Assembly: GCA_050949505.1 (NCBI GenBank)
Contig: JBMNFV010000001.1
Location: 286,284-350,283 of the forward strand
Origin: Patescibacteria group bacterium
Lineage (GTDB): Bacteria > Patescibacteriota > Patescibacteriia > Patescibacteriales > UBA12465
DNA length: 64,000 nucleotides
Direction of reading: 5' to 3'
Positions 1-9,263 of the stretch are shown one piece after another; within the stretch, counting starts at the first letter, position 1; every line of letters starts with the position of its first letter. The translations under genes were made by a program, and so were the position numbers. Under the pieces are notes generated by a model, which worked only from the letters and a program-made list of their open reading frames with translations, had not been told where the DNA came from and ran no database searches.

Positions 1-312
1 GCGAGTGAGAAAGGCTTGATTAAACCAAATAACCTTTATAGTCTCACTATCATCGCTAATTAAGGCTTCAGTTAGATAAATACGTCGCTTAAAGCTACGC
101 TTGTTTTGAATTAGTTCAATCTGGCCAATGATATTAAAGCTTTGTCCGGCTCTAAGCTCACTAATTTTAGTTACTTGGCCAAAGTCATCGTAACGGAAAG
201 GGAAGTAATATAAAAGATCGGTGACTGTGTTAAGGTCTAAATTAGCTAAAATTTTAGCCCGAACCGCGCCAACTTGCTTAAGTTCACTAAGATGGGAGTC
301 TAGATTGATCAT
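1..312 (-). CDS. recG: ATP-dependent DNA helicase RecG, N-terminal part (runs off the window)
   Basis: Reverse-strand ATG at 312 translates as MINLDSHLSELKQVGAVRAKIL...LLYYFPFRYDDFGQV..., typical of the RecG N-terminal wedge region. Confidence 0.8.
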   Translation of the reverse strand, partial: MINLDSHLSELKQVGAVRAKILANLDLNTVTDLLYYFPFRYDDFGQVTKISELRAGQSFNIIGQIELIQNKRSFKRRIYLTEALISDDSETIKVIWFNQAFLTR

Positions 313-351
313 AAAAAACAAAAACAAGGCTTCCCCTGTTTTTTATTAATG

Positions 352-423
352 TGCACCCACCAGGAGTCGAACCTGGATTTCAAGCTCCGCAAGCTTGCGT
401 CCTATCCATTGAACGATGGGTAC
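352..423 (-). tRNA. tRNA-Arg (anticodon GCG)
   Basis: Cloverleaf: acceptor GTACCCA/TGGGTGC, D stem GTTC/GGAC, anticodon stem CAAGC/GCTTG with loop TTGCGGA, T arm CCAGG-TTCGACT-CCTGG. Confidence 0.93.
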
Positions 424-439
424 CGCAGCTTCTAGTGTA

Positions 440-967
440 TTACAATTTTAAGAGTTTCGTCAACTGCTCGGAGAGGGGTTCATTTTTTCGCTCAAAGTCT
501 TCCTTAAGATATTGGGCGAGAAACTTTCTCACTAGAGAAGGGTCCAGGCTACGGAGGGGGAAGGAAAGACGCATTTTAGTGGAGCTTTTAAATTCAAAAT
601 AAAGACGTTTAATACTTTCTTTGGGTAAATAAAGAACACTAAAGTTTTTAAATTCTTTGTAGTAGTGGAACTTCTTGCCGACATTAATTCCTTCTGGGCC
701 GAGCTTGATTCTCACCATCATGGCCGGAGACTGTTCTTGGAAATATAAAACGGCTACAGAAATGATGATAATAACGATAAAGAGAAAATTAGAGCGCGCA
801 CCCAAGAAGACTAAGCGCCAGCCCTCAAAGGCAAATAGGCTAAAGAAAACAAAAAAAGCAGCAATAATTCCCGCGATGATATACCAATTTTTTCCTCGCT
901 CAGGGGTGCGGTATTCAGGGACCTCCCATTGAACAAAAGTGGGTAAAGTTTGATTATTTTTGGCCAT
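440..967 (-). CDS. Hypothetical membrane protein with two N-terminal TM segments
   Basis: 175-aa ORF; hydrophobic stretches IIAGIIAAFFVFFSLFAF and FLFIVIIIISVAVLYF. Confidence 0.7.
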   Translation of the reverse strand: MAKNNQTLPTFVQWEVPEYRTPERGKNWYIIAGIIAAFFVFFSLFAFEGWRLVFLGARSNFLFIVIIIISVAVLYFQEQSPAMMVRIKLGPEGINVGKKFHYYKEFKNFSVLYLPKESIKRLYFEFKSSTKMRLSFPLRSLDPSLVRKFLAQYLKEDFERKNEPLSEQLTKLLKL

Positions 968-1038
968 AGTTTAGATTGACAAGCTAAGTTAGATTTTATA
1001 TAGTGATTATACCATAAAAGTTAAATATAATAAACAGA

Positions 1039-1132
1039 GGAGAGGTGGCTGAGTGGTTGAAAGCGGCACACTGCTAATGTGTTATGCGGGCGTATACCCG
1101 CATCCGGGGTTCGAATCCCCGTCTCTCCGCCA
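1039..1132 (+). tRNA. tRNA-Ser (anticodon GCT), CCA encoded
   Basis: Acceptor GGAGAGG/TCTCTCC, anticodon loop CTGCTAA, long variable arm, T loop TTCGAAT, encoded CCA. Confidence 0.95.
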
Positions 1133-1317
1133 AGGTCTATCCCCTGAAAAGTAGGCATAAGTTGCCTGCTTTTTTGTGGACAAAAGAAGGTGTAGTAAAA
1201 AATAATAATAATTAGCCTTTAAGTTGGGTGAGGTATTATGAGTGGGAGGTCTCAGCTATTATTCTCTTGAAAGGATTGTGATATAATAGATACATTAATT
1301 ATTAAACAGTTAAATAT

Positions 1318-1587
1318 ATGAAAATTATTAAATTTGGCGCCGAATGGTGCCCTGGATGTTTAGTTATGAAGCCTCGCTGGGAAGAATTAGAGACAGAGCT
1401 TGCTTGGTTGGAAACTGAGTATTATGACTTTGATAAAGATAAGGAGGAAGTTAATGAGTATCAAATTAATTCAGTGTTGCCAGTGGCGATCTTTTTAGAT
1501 AAAGAAGGGAAGGAGTTGTTGCGACTCAATGGTGAGCAGAGCAAAAAGAAGTTAATAGAGACAATTAATGAGTATAAAGACTTGTAA
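1318..1587 (+). CDS. Thioredoxin-family protein
   Basis: N-terminal KFGAEWCPGCLVMKP: thioredoxin-like CxxC motif in an 89-aa protein. Confidence 0.85.
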   Translation: MKIIKFGAEWCPGCLVMKPRWEELETELAWLETEYYDFDKDKEEVNEYQINSVLPVAIFLDKEGKELLRLNGEQSKKKLIETINEYKDL

Positions 1588-1589
1588 TT

Positions 1590-2849
1590 ATGAGGTTTAA
1601 TTTAAATAAATTAAACAAATTATTATTAGTGCTTTTAATGACTGCTGGGCTGTTTTTGTTGACTAAGCCTAGTCTAGCTCAAGAAAAAACTTTAACTGGC
1701 TATTTCTTCTATGGCACTGGCTGTCCGCACTGTGATCAGGAGCAACGGTTTTTTGATCAGGTACTGCTGAAAGAATATCCAAATTTAGAGATCAAGAAAT
1801 ATGAGATCTATAATAATCGGAGTAATGTTAATTTCTTGCAAAAAGTTGCTCAAGAGCTAGGAATTAGAGTTGATGGTGTCCCTTTATTCATTGTTGGTGA
1901 TCAGCACTTTGTTGGCTACACTGAAGGCGTCACTTCACGAGAAATAGAGGAACGAGTGGCAGAATGCCTAAAGTTAGGTTGCTTTGACTCAATAGCAAGA
2001 ATTCTTGAGACTGAAAGTGAGCTGCCAGATAAAGAGCCAATAAGTCCCCCGGCACAAAGCTTAGACCAAGAAGAGAGTCAGTCGCACAAGCAGACTGAAG
2101 AGAAACTAATTAAATTACCAGTTCTAGGAGAAGTTAATGCCCTTAGTTTTTCTTTGCCAGTGCTAACTATTATTATCGGCGCCTTAGATGGATTTAATCC
2201 CTGTGCCATGTGGGTCTTGTTGTTTTTGATTAGTTTGCTTTTGGGAATGAAAGATAGGCGGAGAATGTGGATACTCGGGCTAACCTTTATTATCGCCTCA
2301 GCTTTAGTCTATTTTATTTTTATGGCAGCCTGGCTGAATTTAATACTTTTCTTAGGAATGGTAACTTGGGTTAGAGCGCTTATTGGGGTAGTTGCTTTAG
2401 CGGGCGGAGTCTATAGTCTTAAAGACTTTATGTTTAGCAAGGATAGTGGCTGTGAGGTAGCTGATGGAGAAAAGCGACAGAGAGTATTTGAAAGGCTAAA
2501 GACAGCGGTGAAGCGCAATAGCTTGTGGCTCGCCTTAGGGGGAATTATTGTTTTGGCTTTTGCGGTTAATTTAGTGGAGCTCATTTGCTCAGCGGGCTTT
2601 CCAGCGGTCTACACCCAGGTCCTAGCCTTAAATGAGATGGCCACTTGGCGATATTATCTCTATCTCCTGCTTTACATCTTCTTCTTCATGTTAGATGACT
2701 TAGTTATATTTCTAATTGCTATGGCCACCTTGAAACTTACAGGAATTACTACTAAATATACGAAAATATCGCGACTAGTGGGAGGCATTCTAATGTTAAT
2801 TATCGGTCTGCTATTAATCTTTAAGCCCGCCTGGTTAATGTTTGGTTAA
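1590..2849 (+). CDS. Secreted glutaredoxin/thioredoxin-like domain fused to a polytopic CcdA/DsbD-like membrane domain
   Basis: Signal-like N-terminus, then GYFFYGTGCPHCDQE (CxxC), then multiple TM helices containing GFNPCAMWVLLFL. Confidence 0.75.
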   Translation: MRFNLNKLNKLLLVLLMTAGLFLLTKPSLAQEKTLTGYFFYGTGCPHCDQEQRFFDQVLLKEYPNLEIKKYEIYNNRSNVNFLQKVAQELGIRVDGVPLFIVGDQHFVGYTEGVTSREIEERVAECLKLGCFDSIARILETESELPDKEPISPPAQSLDQEESQSHKQTEEKLIKLPVLGEVNALSFSLPVLTIIIGALDGFNPCAMWVLLFLISLLLGMKDRRRMWILGLTFIIASALVYFIFMAAWLNLILFLGMVTWVRALIGVVALAGGVYSLKDFMFSKDSGCEVADGEKRQRVFERLKTAVKRNSLWLALGGIIVLAFAVNLVELICSAGFPAVYTQVLALNEMATWRYYLYLLLYIFFFMLDDLVIFLIAMATLKLTGITTKYTKISRLVGGILMLIIGLLLIFKPAWLMFG

Positions 2850-2962
2850 AATAATTAAGTGATAGGTAGCAGAAATTGATTGGTTGAAAATAGTTATTTA
2901 TATAGGAAGGAAGTTGATGAGAAAGGAAAGATTGAGTTGGTTAAAAGGAATAAGAGAATAAT

Positions 2963-2991
2963 AAACTAGGTGCTTGATGAGCACCTAGTTT
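2963..2991. terminator. Perfect hairpin, terminator-like
   Basis: AAACTAGGTGC..GCACCTAGTTT in the intergenic region. Confidence 0.6.
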
Positions 2992-3037
2992 ATTATCTAG
3001 CTCTGACAGTCAGAAATAATTGTGTTATAATATCAGC

Positions 3038-4441
3038 ATGAAACATCAAGTTAAAATAACTTTTCTGGGAGCGGCTGGCGGAGTGACTGGCTCTAAACAT
3101 TTGTTGCAACTGGGAAAGAAAAAGATTCTTTTAGACTGTGGCTTCTTCCAAGGACGTCGCCTAGACGCTTACCGAGCTAATTCAGTTTTACCGCCAGAGC
3201 TTAATCACCTAGAGGCGGTTATTTTGTCACACGCTCACGCGGATCATTGTTGCTCTTTGCCCTTGTTAGTTAAAAATGGCTACCGAGGACCTATTTACAC
3301 CACTCCGGCGACTGCTGATATTGCTCGGTTAATTATGTTAGATGCGGCTAAAATTCAGGCTAATGACTATGAATATTTTAGAAAGATTGGGGTAACTGAG
3401 GCCTTAAAGCCAATCTTTGACGAGCAAGATGTTAATCTAGTTTGCCAACTATTTAAAACAATTCCTTATCATTATCCGCAAAAGATTAATCCTAATTTAA
3501 CGATTGAGTTTTTTGATGCCGGTCATATTCTTGGTTCGGCAATTACGGCGATTAGATATTATGACCAAACCCTGCTATATACTGGCGACCTTGGTAATTT
3601 GGATTTACCGATTTTACCGGACCCCGAGTTAGTGACGGAGGAAATTAATACGGTAATTTGTGAGTCCACTTATGGCGATAGAGAGCATCTGCCTACCAGT
3701 CAGACTTATCAGGAGATAAAAAAGATTGTCATTGAGGCAGTTAACAAAAAGAGCCGAGTCTTGGTACCCGCCTTTGCCTTAGGGCGAACTCAAAACCTAA
3801 TTTACATTCTTCACAAGCTATATCGCGATGGAGAAATTCCTGATATTCCGGTTTATGTTGATAGTCCCTTAGGAAATAGTATTACCAGCCTATTTGATAA
3901 ATATATTAATGACTTTGATCAAGAGTCTTGGCAGGAGTTCCTTAAAGACGGTCAGTCACCTTTTTCCTTTAGAAAGCTACACTATGTTAGTACGGTGGCG
4001 GAGTCTAGGAGTCTCAATGATAAGCCAGGTCCGCTAATCATTATCGCCTCCTCTGGCATGTTAGAGGGTGGTCGGGTCGTCCATCATCTTAAGCAGGACA
4101 TTACTAACCCTCGTTCAACTATAGTTCTAACTGGTTTTCAGGCGGAGCATACTTTAGGAAGAAGATTAGAGTCTGGACAGAAGACGGTTAAGTTTCATGA
4201 AGAAGAATTTACGGTTAAAGCGCAGATAGTGAAACTAAATACTCTCAGTGCTCATGCTGATCAAAAAAATATCCTTAACTACCTATCTCAAGTGAAGGGT
4301 CTTAAAAACATTTTTCTAGTTCACGGTGAGCCGCAGTCAGCTAGAACGTTAGCTGAGAAGTTAAGGAGTCAAAATCCGGAAGTGGCGGTTAAAATCCCTT
4401 ATTTAGGAGAAAGTGTTCAGCTTGATTGGGAAAACAATTGA
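3038..4441 (+). CDS. MBL-fold RNA metallo-hydrolase (beta-CASP family)
   Basis: GAAGGVTGSKHLL, HAHADHCCSLP, DAGHILGSA, HGEP motifs; start chosen at MKHQVK with upstream spacing. Confidence 0.85.
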   Translation: MKHQVKITFLGAAGGVTGSKHLLQLGKKKILLDCGFFQGRRLDAYRANSVLPPELNHLEAVILSHAHADHCCSLPLLVKNGYRGPIYTTPATADIARLIMLDAAKIQANDYEYFRKIGVTEALKPIFDEQDVNLVCQLFKTIPYHYPQKINPNLTIEFFDAGHILGSAITAIRYYDQTLLYTGDLGNLDLPILPDPELVTEEINTVICESTYGDREHLPTSQTYQEIKKIVIEAVNKKSRVLVPAFALGRTQNLIYILHKLYRDGEIPDIPVYVDSPLGNSITSLFDKYINDFDQESWQEFLKDGQSPFSFRKLHYVSTVAESRSLNDKPGPLIIIASSGMLEGGRVVHHLKQDITNPRSTIVLTGFQAEHTLGRRLESGQKTVKFHEEEFTVKAQIVKLNTLSAHADQKNILNYLSQVKGLKNIFLVHGEPQSARTLAEKLRSQNPEVAVKIPYLGESVQLDWENN

Positions 4442-4496
4442 CCAAAGAGAAGGGAGGTGATAGGTTTAATTTAAACAGTCTTTTTAGTTTAAATAT

Positions 4497-6155
4497 ATGG
4501 ACAAAGAAAGAATCTTAATTGCCGCTGCTTGGCCTTATGCCAATGGCTCCTTGCACTTAGGGCATGTGGCTGGCTTAATCGGCGCCGATATCCTAGCGCG
4601 CTATTATCGCCTAGCCGGACATCAGGTGCTGTATGTTTCTGGGAGTGATTGTCATGGCACCCCAATAGTATTAGAAGCGGAGCGCTTGAAGATAGCGCCA
4701 CAAGCGGTGGCGGAAAAATATCATACAGAATTTACCGAGACTCTGATCAGGGGTTTGCATTTTTCTTATGATAACTACACCACCACACTAACCGCTAATC
4801 ATCAGGAAGTAGTTCAAGACCTATTTCTCAAACTACATCAAAATGGGGATATTTACACCAAAACTGAAGAACTCCCCTATTGCCCCACTTGTCAGCGGTT
4901 TTTGCCTGATAGATATATAGAAGGAGAATGCCCACTTTGTCATTTCGCTGCTGCCCGAGGGGACCAATGTGACCATTGCGGCAATTTAATGGAGGCCAGA
5001 AAGCTAATTAATCCTCATTGCAAGACTTGTGGTAGTCAGCCAGAGTGGCGAGAGTCTGAGCACTTCTTTTTGAAATTAAGTGCCTTTGAAGATCGTTTAA
5101 AGAAGTGGGTCGCCGCGAGCACCGGTTGGCGCTTAAATGCCAAGAACTTTACCACCAAATTTTTAGAACAAGGCTTGCTAGATAGAGCCATTACCCGGGA
5201 CACCGAGTGGGGAATACCAGTACCGTTGCCTGGCTATGAGGGGAAGCGAATTTATGTTTGGTTTGAAGCAGTGGCTGGCTATCTGTCAGCTAGTATAGAG
5301 TGGGCTAAGAAACAAGGACAAGCTGAGGCTTGGCGCGATTTCTGGCAAACAGACCAGGCGCGACACTATTATATTCACGGCAAAGATAATATTCCTTTTC
5401 ACTCAATTATTTGGCCCGCTATTTTATTAGGGCAAGGAGACTTGCATCTACCAGATAGGATCATTTCCTCAGAGTATTTAACTTTAGAGAGGCAACAGTT
5501 TTCTAAAAGTCGTCGTCACGCGGTATGGCTACCAGACTTTTTAGCTAAATTTGATTATGAAACCCTCCGCTATTATTTAATCGCTAATGGAGCGGAGACT
5601 TCAGATGCTGATTTTTCTTGGCCAGAATTTGCTCAGCGGATTAATAGTGAGCTAATTGGCACTTTGGGTAATTTTGTCTATCGCTCACTCTCTTTTATTG
5701 AAAAGAATTTTCCCAAAGGGGTTCGCTTGCCTAATGAGCTAGAGCCTGCAGCCCAAGAATTTATCAAACTCACTCAAGAAACCTTTGCTAGCACTGGGCA
5801 AGCTATTGCCGCGGGACATTTTCGGGAAGCCTTACGACAGGTCTTTAAGCTAACCGAAGCCGGGAACAAGTATATTAATGACCAGGCACCTTGGAAAACA
5901 ATTAAAACTAATCCAGAGCAAGCGGAGACAGACTTAGCGGTGGTAGGACAAGCCATTGGAGCCCTATCTAGCCTAATTGCCCCATTCTTACCGAGCACGG
6001 CCGAGAAGATTGCTAGATCCTTGGGCCTAGAGCTAAAGTCTTTGCAATGGGAGTACCATCCTCTAAAAGAGGTTAAAGTATATCAACCCAAGGTTTTGTA
6101 TCAACGCCTAGAACCAGAAGTGATTGCTAAGCAGGAAGAATTGCTGCAGAAATAA
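4497..6155 (+). CDS. metG: Methionyl-tRNA synthetase
   Basis: AAAWPYANGSLHLGHVAG (HIGH-like), zinc-binding CPTCQRFLP..CP.C, EYLTLERQQFSKSR (KMSKS-like). Confidence 0.93.
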   Translation: MDKERILIAAAWPYANGSLHLGHVAGLIGADILARYYRLAGHQVLYVSGSDCHGTPIVLEAERLKIAPQAVAEKYHTEFTETLIRGLHFSYDNYTTTLTANHQEVVQDLFLKLHQNGDIYTKTEELPYCPTCQRFLPDRYIEGECPLCHFAAARGDQCDHCGNLMEARKLINPHCKTCGSQPEWRESEHFFLKLSAFEDRLKKWVAASTGWRLNAKNFTTKFLEQGLLDRAITRDTEWGIPVPLPGYEGKRIYVWFEAVAGYLSASIEWAKKQGQAEAWRDFWQTDQARHYYIHGKDNIPFHSIIWPAILLGQGDLHLPDRIISSEYLTLERQQFSKSRRHAVWLPDFLAKFDYETLRYYLIANGAETSDADFSWPEFAQRINSELIGTLGNFVYRSLSFIEKNFPKGVRLPNELEPAAQEFIKLTQETFASTGQAIAAGHFREALRQVFKLTEAGNKYINDQAPWKTIKTNPEQAETDLAVVGQAIGALSSLIAPFLPSTAEKIARSLGLELKSLQWEYHPLKEVKVYQPKVLYQRLEPEVIAKQEELLQK

Positions 6156-6175
6156 TTGGGCTATTAATTAAAATT

Positions 6176-6207
6176 AGCTAAACTAAGCCAATAGTTTAGC
6201 TTTTTTA
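6176..6207 (+). terminator. Intrinsic terminator after metG
   Basis: AGCTAAACT-aagccaat-AGTTTAGCT followed by T run. Confidence 0.75.
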
Positions 6208-6283
6208 TTGACAAACATAACTTTATTTGTTATTATAGACTACGATAATCTAGTTATTTAACAATTTTAAAAAAACAAAAAGA

Positions 6284-6952
6284 ATGGAAAAAATTATTAA
6301 TTTTCAGGCAGGAAGTGGTAAAAGTTTTATGTATTCATTGAATCAGTTGATTAGTATGAAGCAGGCTGGCTTTAATTCCATTTCCTATGTGAGAATAGGG
6401 GAAGAACTGCACTCTACTGATATGAGTGGACCAGATTTGGTGAGGAGTGCGAAGTATGCTTTGATTAACTCCCATTCAGAAATGGGGATATTCTTAGACC
6501 TCAGATTAGTGGGGGGCAAGAAGGAAGTGGATAGAATATTAAAAAAATATTTTGCTCCGGATATGTTGTCAGTTTCTTCGTTATGCAGTGTAGAGACGGT
6601 GCGATATATTCGTCGTCTACTACCAATGACCAAATTAGTAATGGTTGGCATGTTGCCAGATATTACGGATCAGGAAAGCGTTTTACGCTTTGACCTGTTG
6701 CCGGAAGAGAGGATGCTGCTAGAGTACAAGGCCTTTAAAAGGCTTTATGCTCAAGAGAAAGAAGTTAATCCCGAACCATTTGACTTGATCATGTGTTCTA
6801 GTCGGCAGGCTAGATACCTGCAAGACAACATTGACTCTTGTGAGTTGATGGTGGTGGGAAGGACTCCAGAAAATAACAACTCTGGTTATCAGCTGATAAC
6901 CATGGGGCAGTTGATAGAGATACACAAATCAAAAACGGGAGTTTTAGTTTAA
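6284..6952 (+). CDS. Divergent orotidine-5'-phosphate-decarboxylase-like (PyrF-like) TIM-barrel protein
   Basis: GIFLDLRLVGG, FAPDMLSVSSLCS, LVMVGMLPDI and late LMVVGRTPENNN follow the order of PyrF segments, but the DxKxxDI catalytic motif is not conserved. Confidence 0.4.
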   Translation: MEKIINFQAGSGKSFMYSLNQLISMKQAGFNSISYVRIGEELHSTDMSGPDLVRSAKYALINSHSEMGIFLDLRLVGGKKEVDRILKKYFAPDMLSVSSLCSVETVRYIRRLLPMTKLVMVGMLPDITDQESVLRFDLLPEERMLLEYKAFKRLYAQEKEVNPEPFDLIMCSSRQARYLQDNIDSCELMVVGRTPENNNSGYQLITMGQLIEIHKSKTGVLV

Positions 6953-6965
6953 CTCCTAGTATAGT

Positions 6966-6993
6966 ATAAAAGCGTTAGTAATAACGCTTTTTT
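6966..6993 (+). terminator. Intrinsic terminator
   Basis: AGCGTTA-gtaa-TAACGCT followed by T run. Confidence 0.75.
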
Positions 6994-7023
6994 TAATAGC
7001 TCTAGTTATGGTACAATAAGATT

Positions 7024-7557
7024 ATGACTTGGCAATATTTAAAGTTTATTTTAGTTGCTCCGGGAATAGTGGTTCATGAGTTAGCGCACGTCTTTTTTTG
7101 TTTATTATTTAGAGTGAGGATTCATCGGATTAGCTTGTTGCGTTATGACAAGGTAGCCGGCTTTGTTATTCATGATGAGCCAAGACGATTCTTTCCCGCT
7201 TTATTTATCTCTCTAGGGCCATTGATTATCAATTCACTGCTAGCTATCTGGCTATTTTCTTTAATTAGCCAACCCTATTCAGCCCTAAGTATATTATTCT
7301 TGTGGTTAGGAATAGTCTTGGGACTGCAAGCGATTCCGTCTACGGGTGATGCTAGGGCTTTGTTTAATAATGCTAAGCATAATATCCTGCGTAATCCCTT
7401 AGTTATTTTGTTTTTTCCAGTGGTCCTAGTTATTTATTTGCTAAACATTCTCAAGCAGGTTTATATTCACTTCATCTACGTAATCTTTTTATTAGCCCTA
7501 TCACCTTACTTTAATCAAGCTTTAGAATGGCTAGAAACGCTTATTAAAGCTAATTAA
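7024..7557 (+). CDS. M50-like integral membrane metalloprotease-like protein
   Basis: VVHELAHVFF (HExxH in a TM segment); multiple TM helices. Confidence 0.55.
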   Translation: MTWQYLKFILVAPGIVVHELAHVFFCLLFRVRIHRISLLRYDKVAGFVIHDEPRRFFPALFISLGPLIINSLLAIWLFSLISQPYSALSILFLWLGIVLGLQAIPSTGDARALFNNAKHNILRNPLVILFFPVVLVIYLLNILKQVYIHFIYVIFLLALSPYFNQALEWLETLIKAN

Positions 7558-7583
7558 TTTTTTGACAATTTGCTTCAAGTTTA

Positions 7584-9263
7584 TTATAGTAATAGCAATT
7601 TATTGGAGAGATGCCAGAGTGGTTGAATGGAACAGTCTTGAAAACTGTCGTTGGTGCAAGCCAACCGTGGGTTCGAATCCCACTCTCTCCGCCAATTTAC
7701 AATTTCAGAGTTTTCGGAAGTTTTACGCACCTGCGGTGCGGTCGCCTCGCCCGCAGGCGAGGCTGAAAGGGCTGATTTTGCAACGATTTGCCACGCTCCG
7801 CGTGGCGAAAAAGAAATGTTTTGGTTTTGGATTTGGAAGTTCGAACCAATCTTTTTTAGAAAATCCCGAATCCCTTCGGGATTTTCTTTTAAAGCGATAA
7901 TTTTGGCTTGTTTACTGTCATTTATAAACTTGTCGGCGAGTTCGAACCGATTATTGCTTTTTTGTTCAAAAGACTTCAATTTGTCTTTCAAAACTTGTTT
8001 TTGATTGATGAGAACATTTTTCGCTTTTTGGTATTCTTTGATATTCAAGACACTTTCCAAATAAGCGGTCATTAGTTTTTCCAACTTCTCATCAAGTTTT
8101 GAAAGTTCCTTTTCCGTCTTTTGCACAAAAAAGTCTGATGATGTGTCTGATTGGATTTTTTCTTTTTTCAATTCCTTGATCATCCAATCAGCGCAATCAT
8201 CAGGCAAAGAAACTTTTTGAAGTTCCTCACTAATTTGAGATGAAATTTTTTCTTCTCTCGTAAATACCTTTTGCGTGCATTTGTGATGTGGATTTTTCTT
8301 GGTGCAATAGTAGTAAATATATTCTTTCCCACTTTTCTTGATTTTCTTATCTGCCGTTATTGTAAATCCACATTCACCGCACTTGAAAAATCCACGATAA
8401 AGAAAAAATTTCATCTTTTCCACTTTCTGCGGTTTAGATTTTCTTTTCATCACTTCCTGAACTTCGTCAAAAAGCTTCTTTGAAATAATCGGTTTATGCT
8501 TTCCTTCGTAAAATTCACCGCCATAGCGAATAAGTCCATGATAGAAAGGATTTTGCAAAAGGTATTGATAATTTGAAACGGAAAGCATTTTACCTTTCTT
8601 GCCGACAAGTCCCAAGCCGTTGATAATCTTTCGGAGATTTTTCAAAGTATAATTTCCAGTGGCGTATGCCTCAAATGCCTTTTTGATAAATGGCGATTTT
8701 TCTTTATCAACATAAATTAGTTTTGTTTCTTTATTATTCAAATATCCCAAAGGAGCCATTTGAGGCCATAAGCCATTTTTCAATTTTTGCCGATGTCCTC
8801 TCTTGATATTCTCCGAAAGATTATCAACATAATATTTTGACTGTCCGAAAGCTATGGAGAGCATAAATTTGCCTTGCGGAGTGGGATCAAACCAGAAAGT
8901 TGGGAATTTTAGCTCTTGAATAACCCCAGTATCTACGAGATAGATAATTTGTCCGCCGTCAACGCTGTTTCTTGCCAGTCTATCGGGGTGCCAAGCTAAA
9001 ATTCCCACAGCTTCGCCCGCTTCAAGTTTTTTCAACATTTCGGCAAAGAGAGGGCGACCAGGTTTCTTGGCGGTTTGTTTTTCCACAATAGTATCAACAA
9101 TTTCCAAATTTTCCTTTTTCGCTAATTCTTTCAATTCAGAAATCTGGTCGCCAATACTCCGCACCTGTCGATCTTCCGAATCAGTAGATTTGCGGGCGTA
9201 GATGAAAAAATTTCTGTTTTGGTTTGCCGTAGCAGAGCGGAGGCAAGCGGAAACGCACCTCAT
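7584..9263 (-). CDS. Large serine recombinase; ORF reads antisense through tRNA-Ser
   Basis: FIYARKSTDSEDRQVRSIGDQ (catalytic Ser region), AWHPDRLARNSVDGG, Recombinase domain, zinc ribbon CGECGF...YYYC...C. C-terminus WRREWDSNPR is an antisense-tRNA read. Confidence 0.88.
   Translation of the reverse strand: MRCVSACLRSATANQNRNFFIYARKSTDSEDRQVRSIGDQISELKELAKKENLEIVDTIVEKQTAKKPGRPLFAEMLKKLEAGEAVGILAWHPDRLARNSVDGGQIIYLVDTGVIQELKFPTFWFDPTPQGKFMLSIAFGQSKYYVDNLSENIKRGHRQKLKNGLWPQMAPLGYLNNKETKLIYVDKEKSPFIKKAFEAYATGNYTLKNLRKIINGLGLVGKKGKMLSVSNYQYLLQNPFYHGLIRYGGEFYEGKHKPIISKKLFDEVQEVMKRKSKPQKVEKMKFFLYRGFFKCGECGFTITADKKIKKSGKEYIYYYCTKKNPHHKCTQKVFTREEKISSQISEELQKVSLPDDCADWMIKELKKEKIQSDTSSDFFVQKTEKELSKLDEKLEKLMTAYLESVLNIKEYQKAKNVLINQKQVLKDKLKSFEQKSNNRFELADKFINDSKQAKIIALKENPEGIRDFLKKIGSNFQIQNQNISFSPRGAWQIVAKSALSASPAGEATAPQVRKTSENSEIVNWRREWDSNPRLACTNDSFQDCSIQPLWHLSNKLLLL
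7605..7694 (+). tRNA. tRNA-Ser (anticodon TGA), CCA encoded; likely integration target of the adjacent recombinase element
   Basis: GGAGAGA..TCTCTCC acceptor, anticodon loop CTTGAAA between ACAGT/ACTGT, long variable arm, T loop TTCGAAT, CCA. Confidence 0.95.
7726..7806. repeat. Cluster of three short GC-rich perfect hairpins (left side of island)
   Basis: CGCACC-TGC-GGTGCG (7726-7740), GCCTCGCC-CGCA-GGCGAGGC (7744-7763), GCCACGC-TCC-GCGTGGC (7790-7806). Confidence 0.85.

Noticed and set aside
351-602. 83-aa plus-strand ORF starting MHPPGVEPGFQAPQAC
   Set aside because: Antisense read through tRNA-Arg and the minus-strand membrane-protein gene; no independent support.
4489-4701. Minus-strand ORF over the metG start
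   Set aside because: Fully antisense to a confident metG.
7861-7885. AAATCCCGAATCCCTTCGGGATTTT as a terminator
   Set aside because: Lies inside the recombinase coding region (ENPEGIRDF); palindromic by codon content and not at a gene end.
7562-7900. 112-aa plus-strand ORF including the tRNA (ENCRWCKPTVGSNPTLSANLQF)
   Set aside because: The track ORF reads directly through tRNA-Ser and antisense to the recombinase; spurious. The 7651-8004 ORF is the same case.
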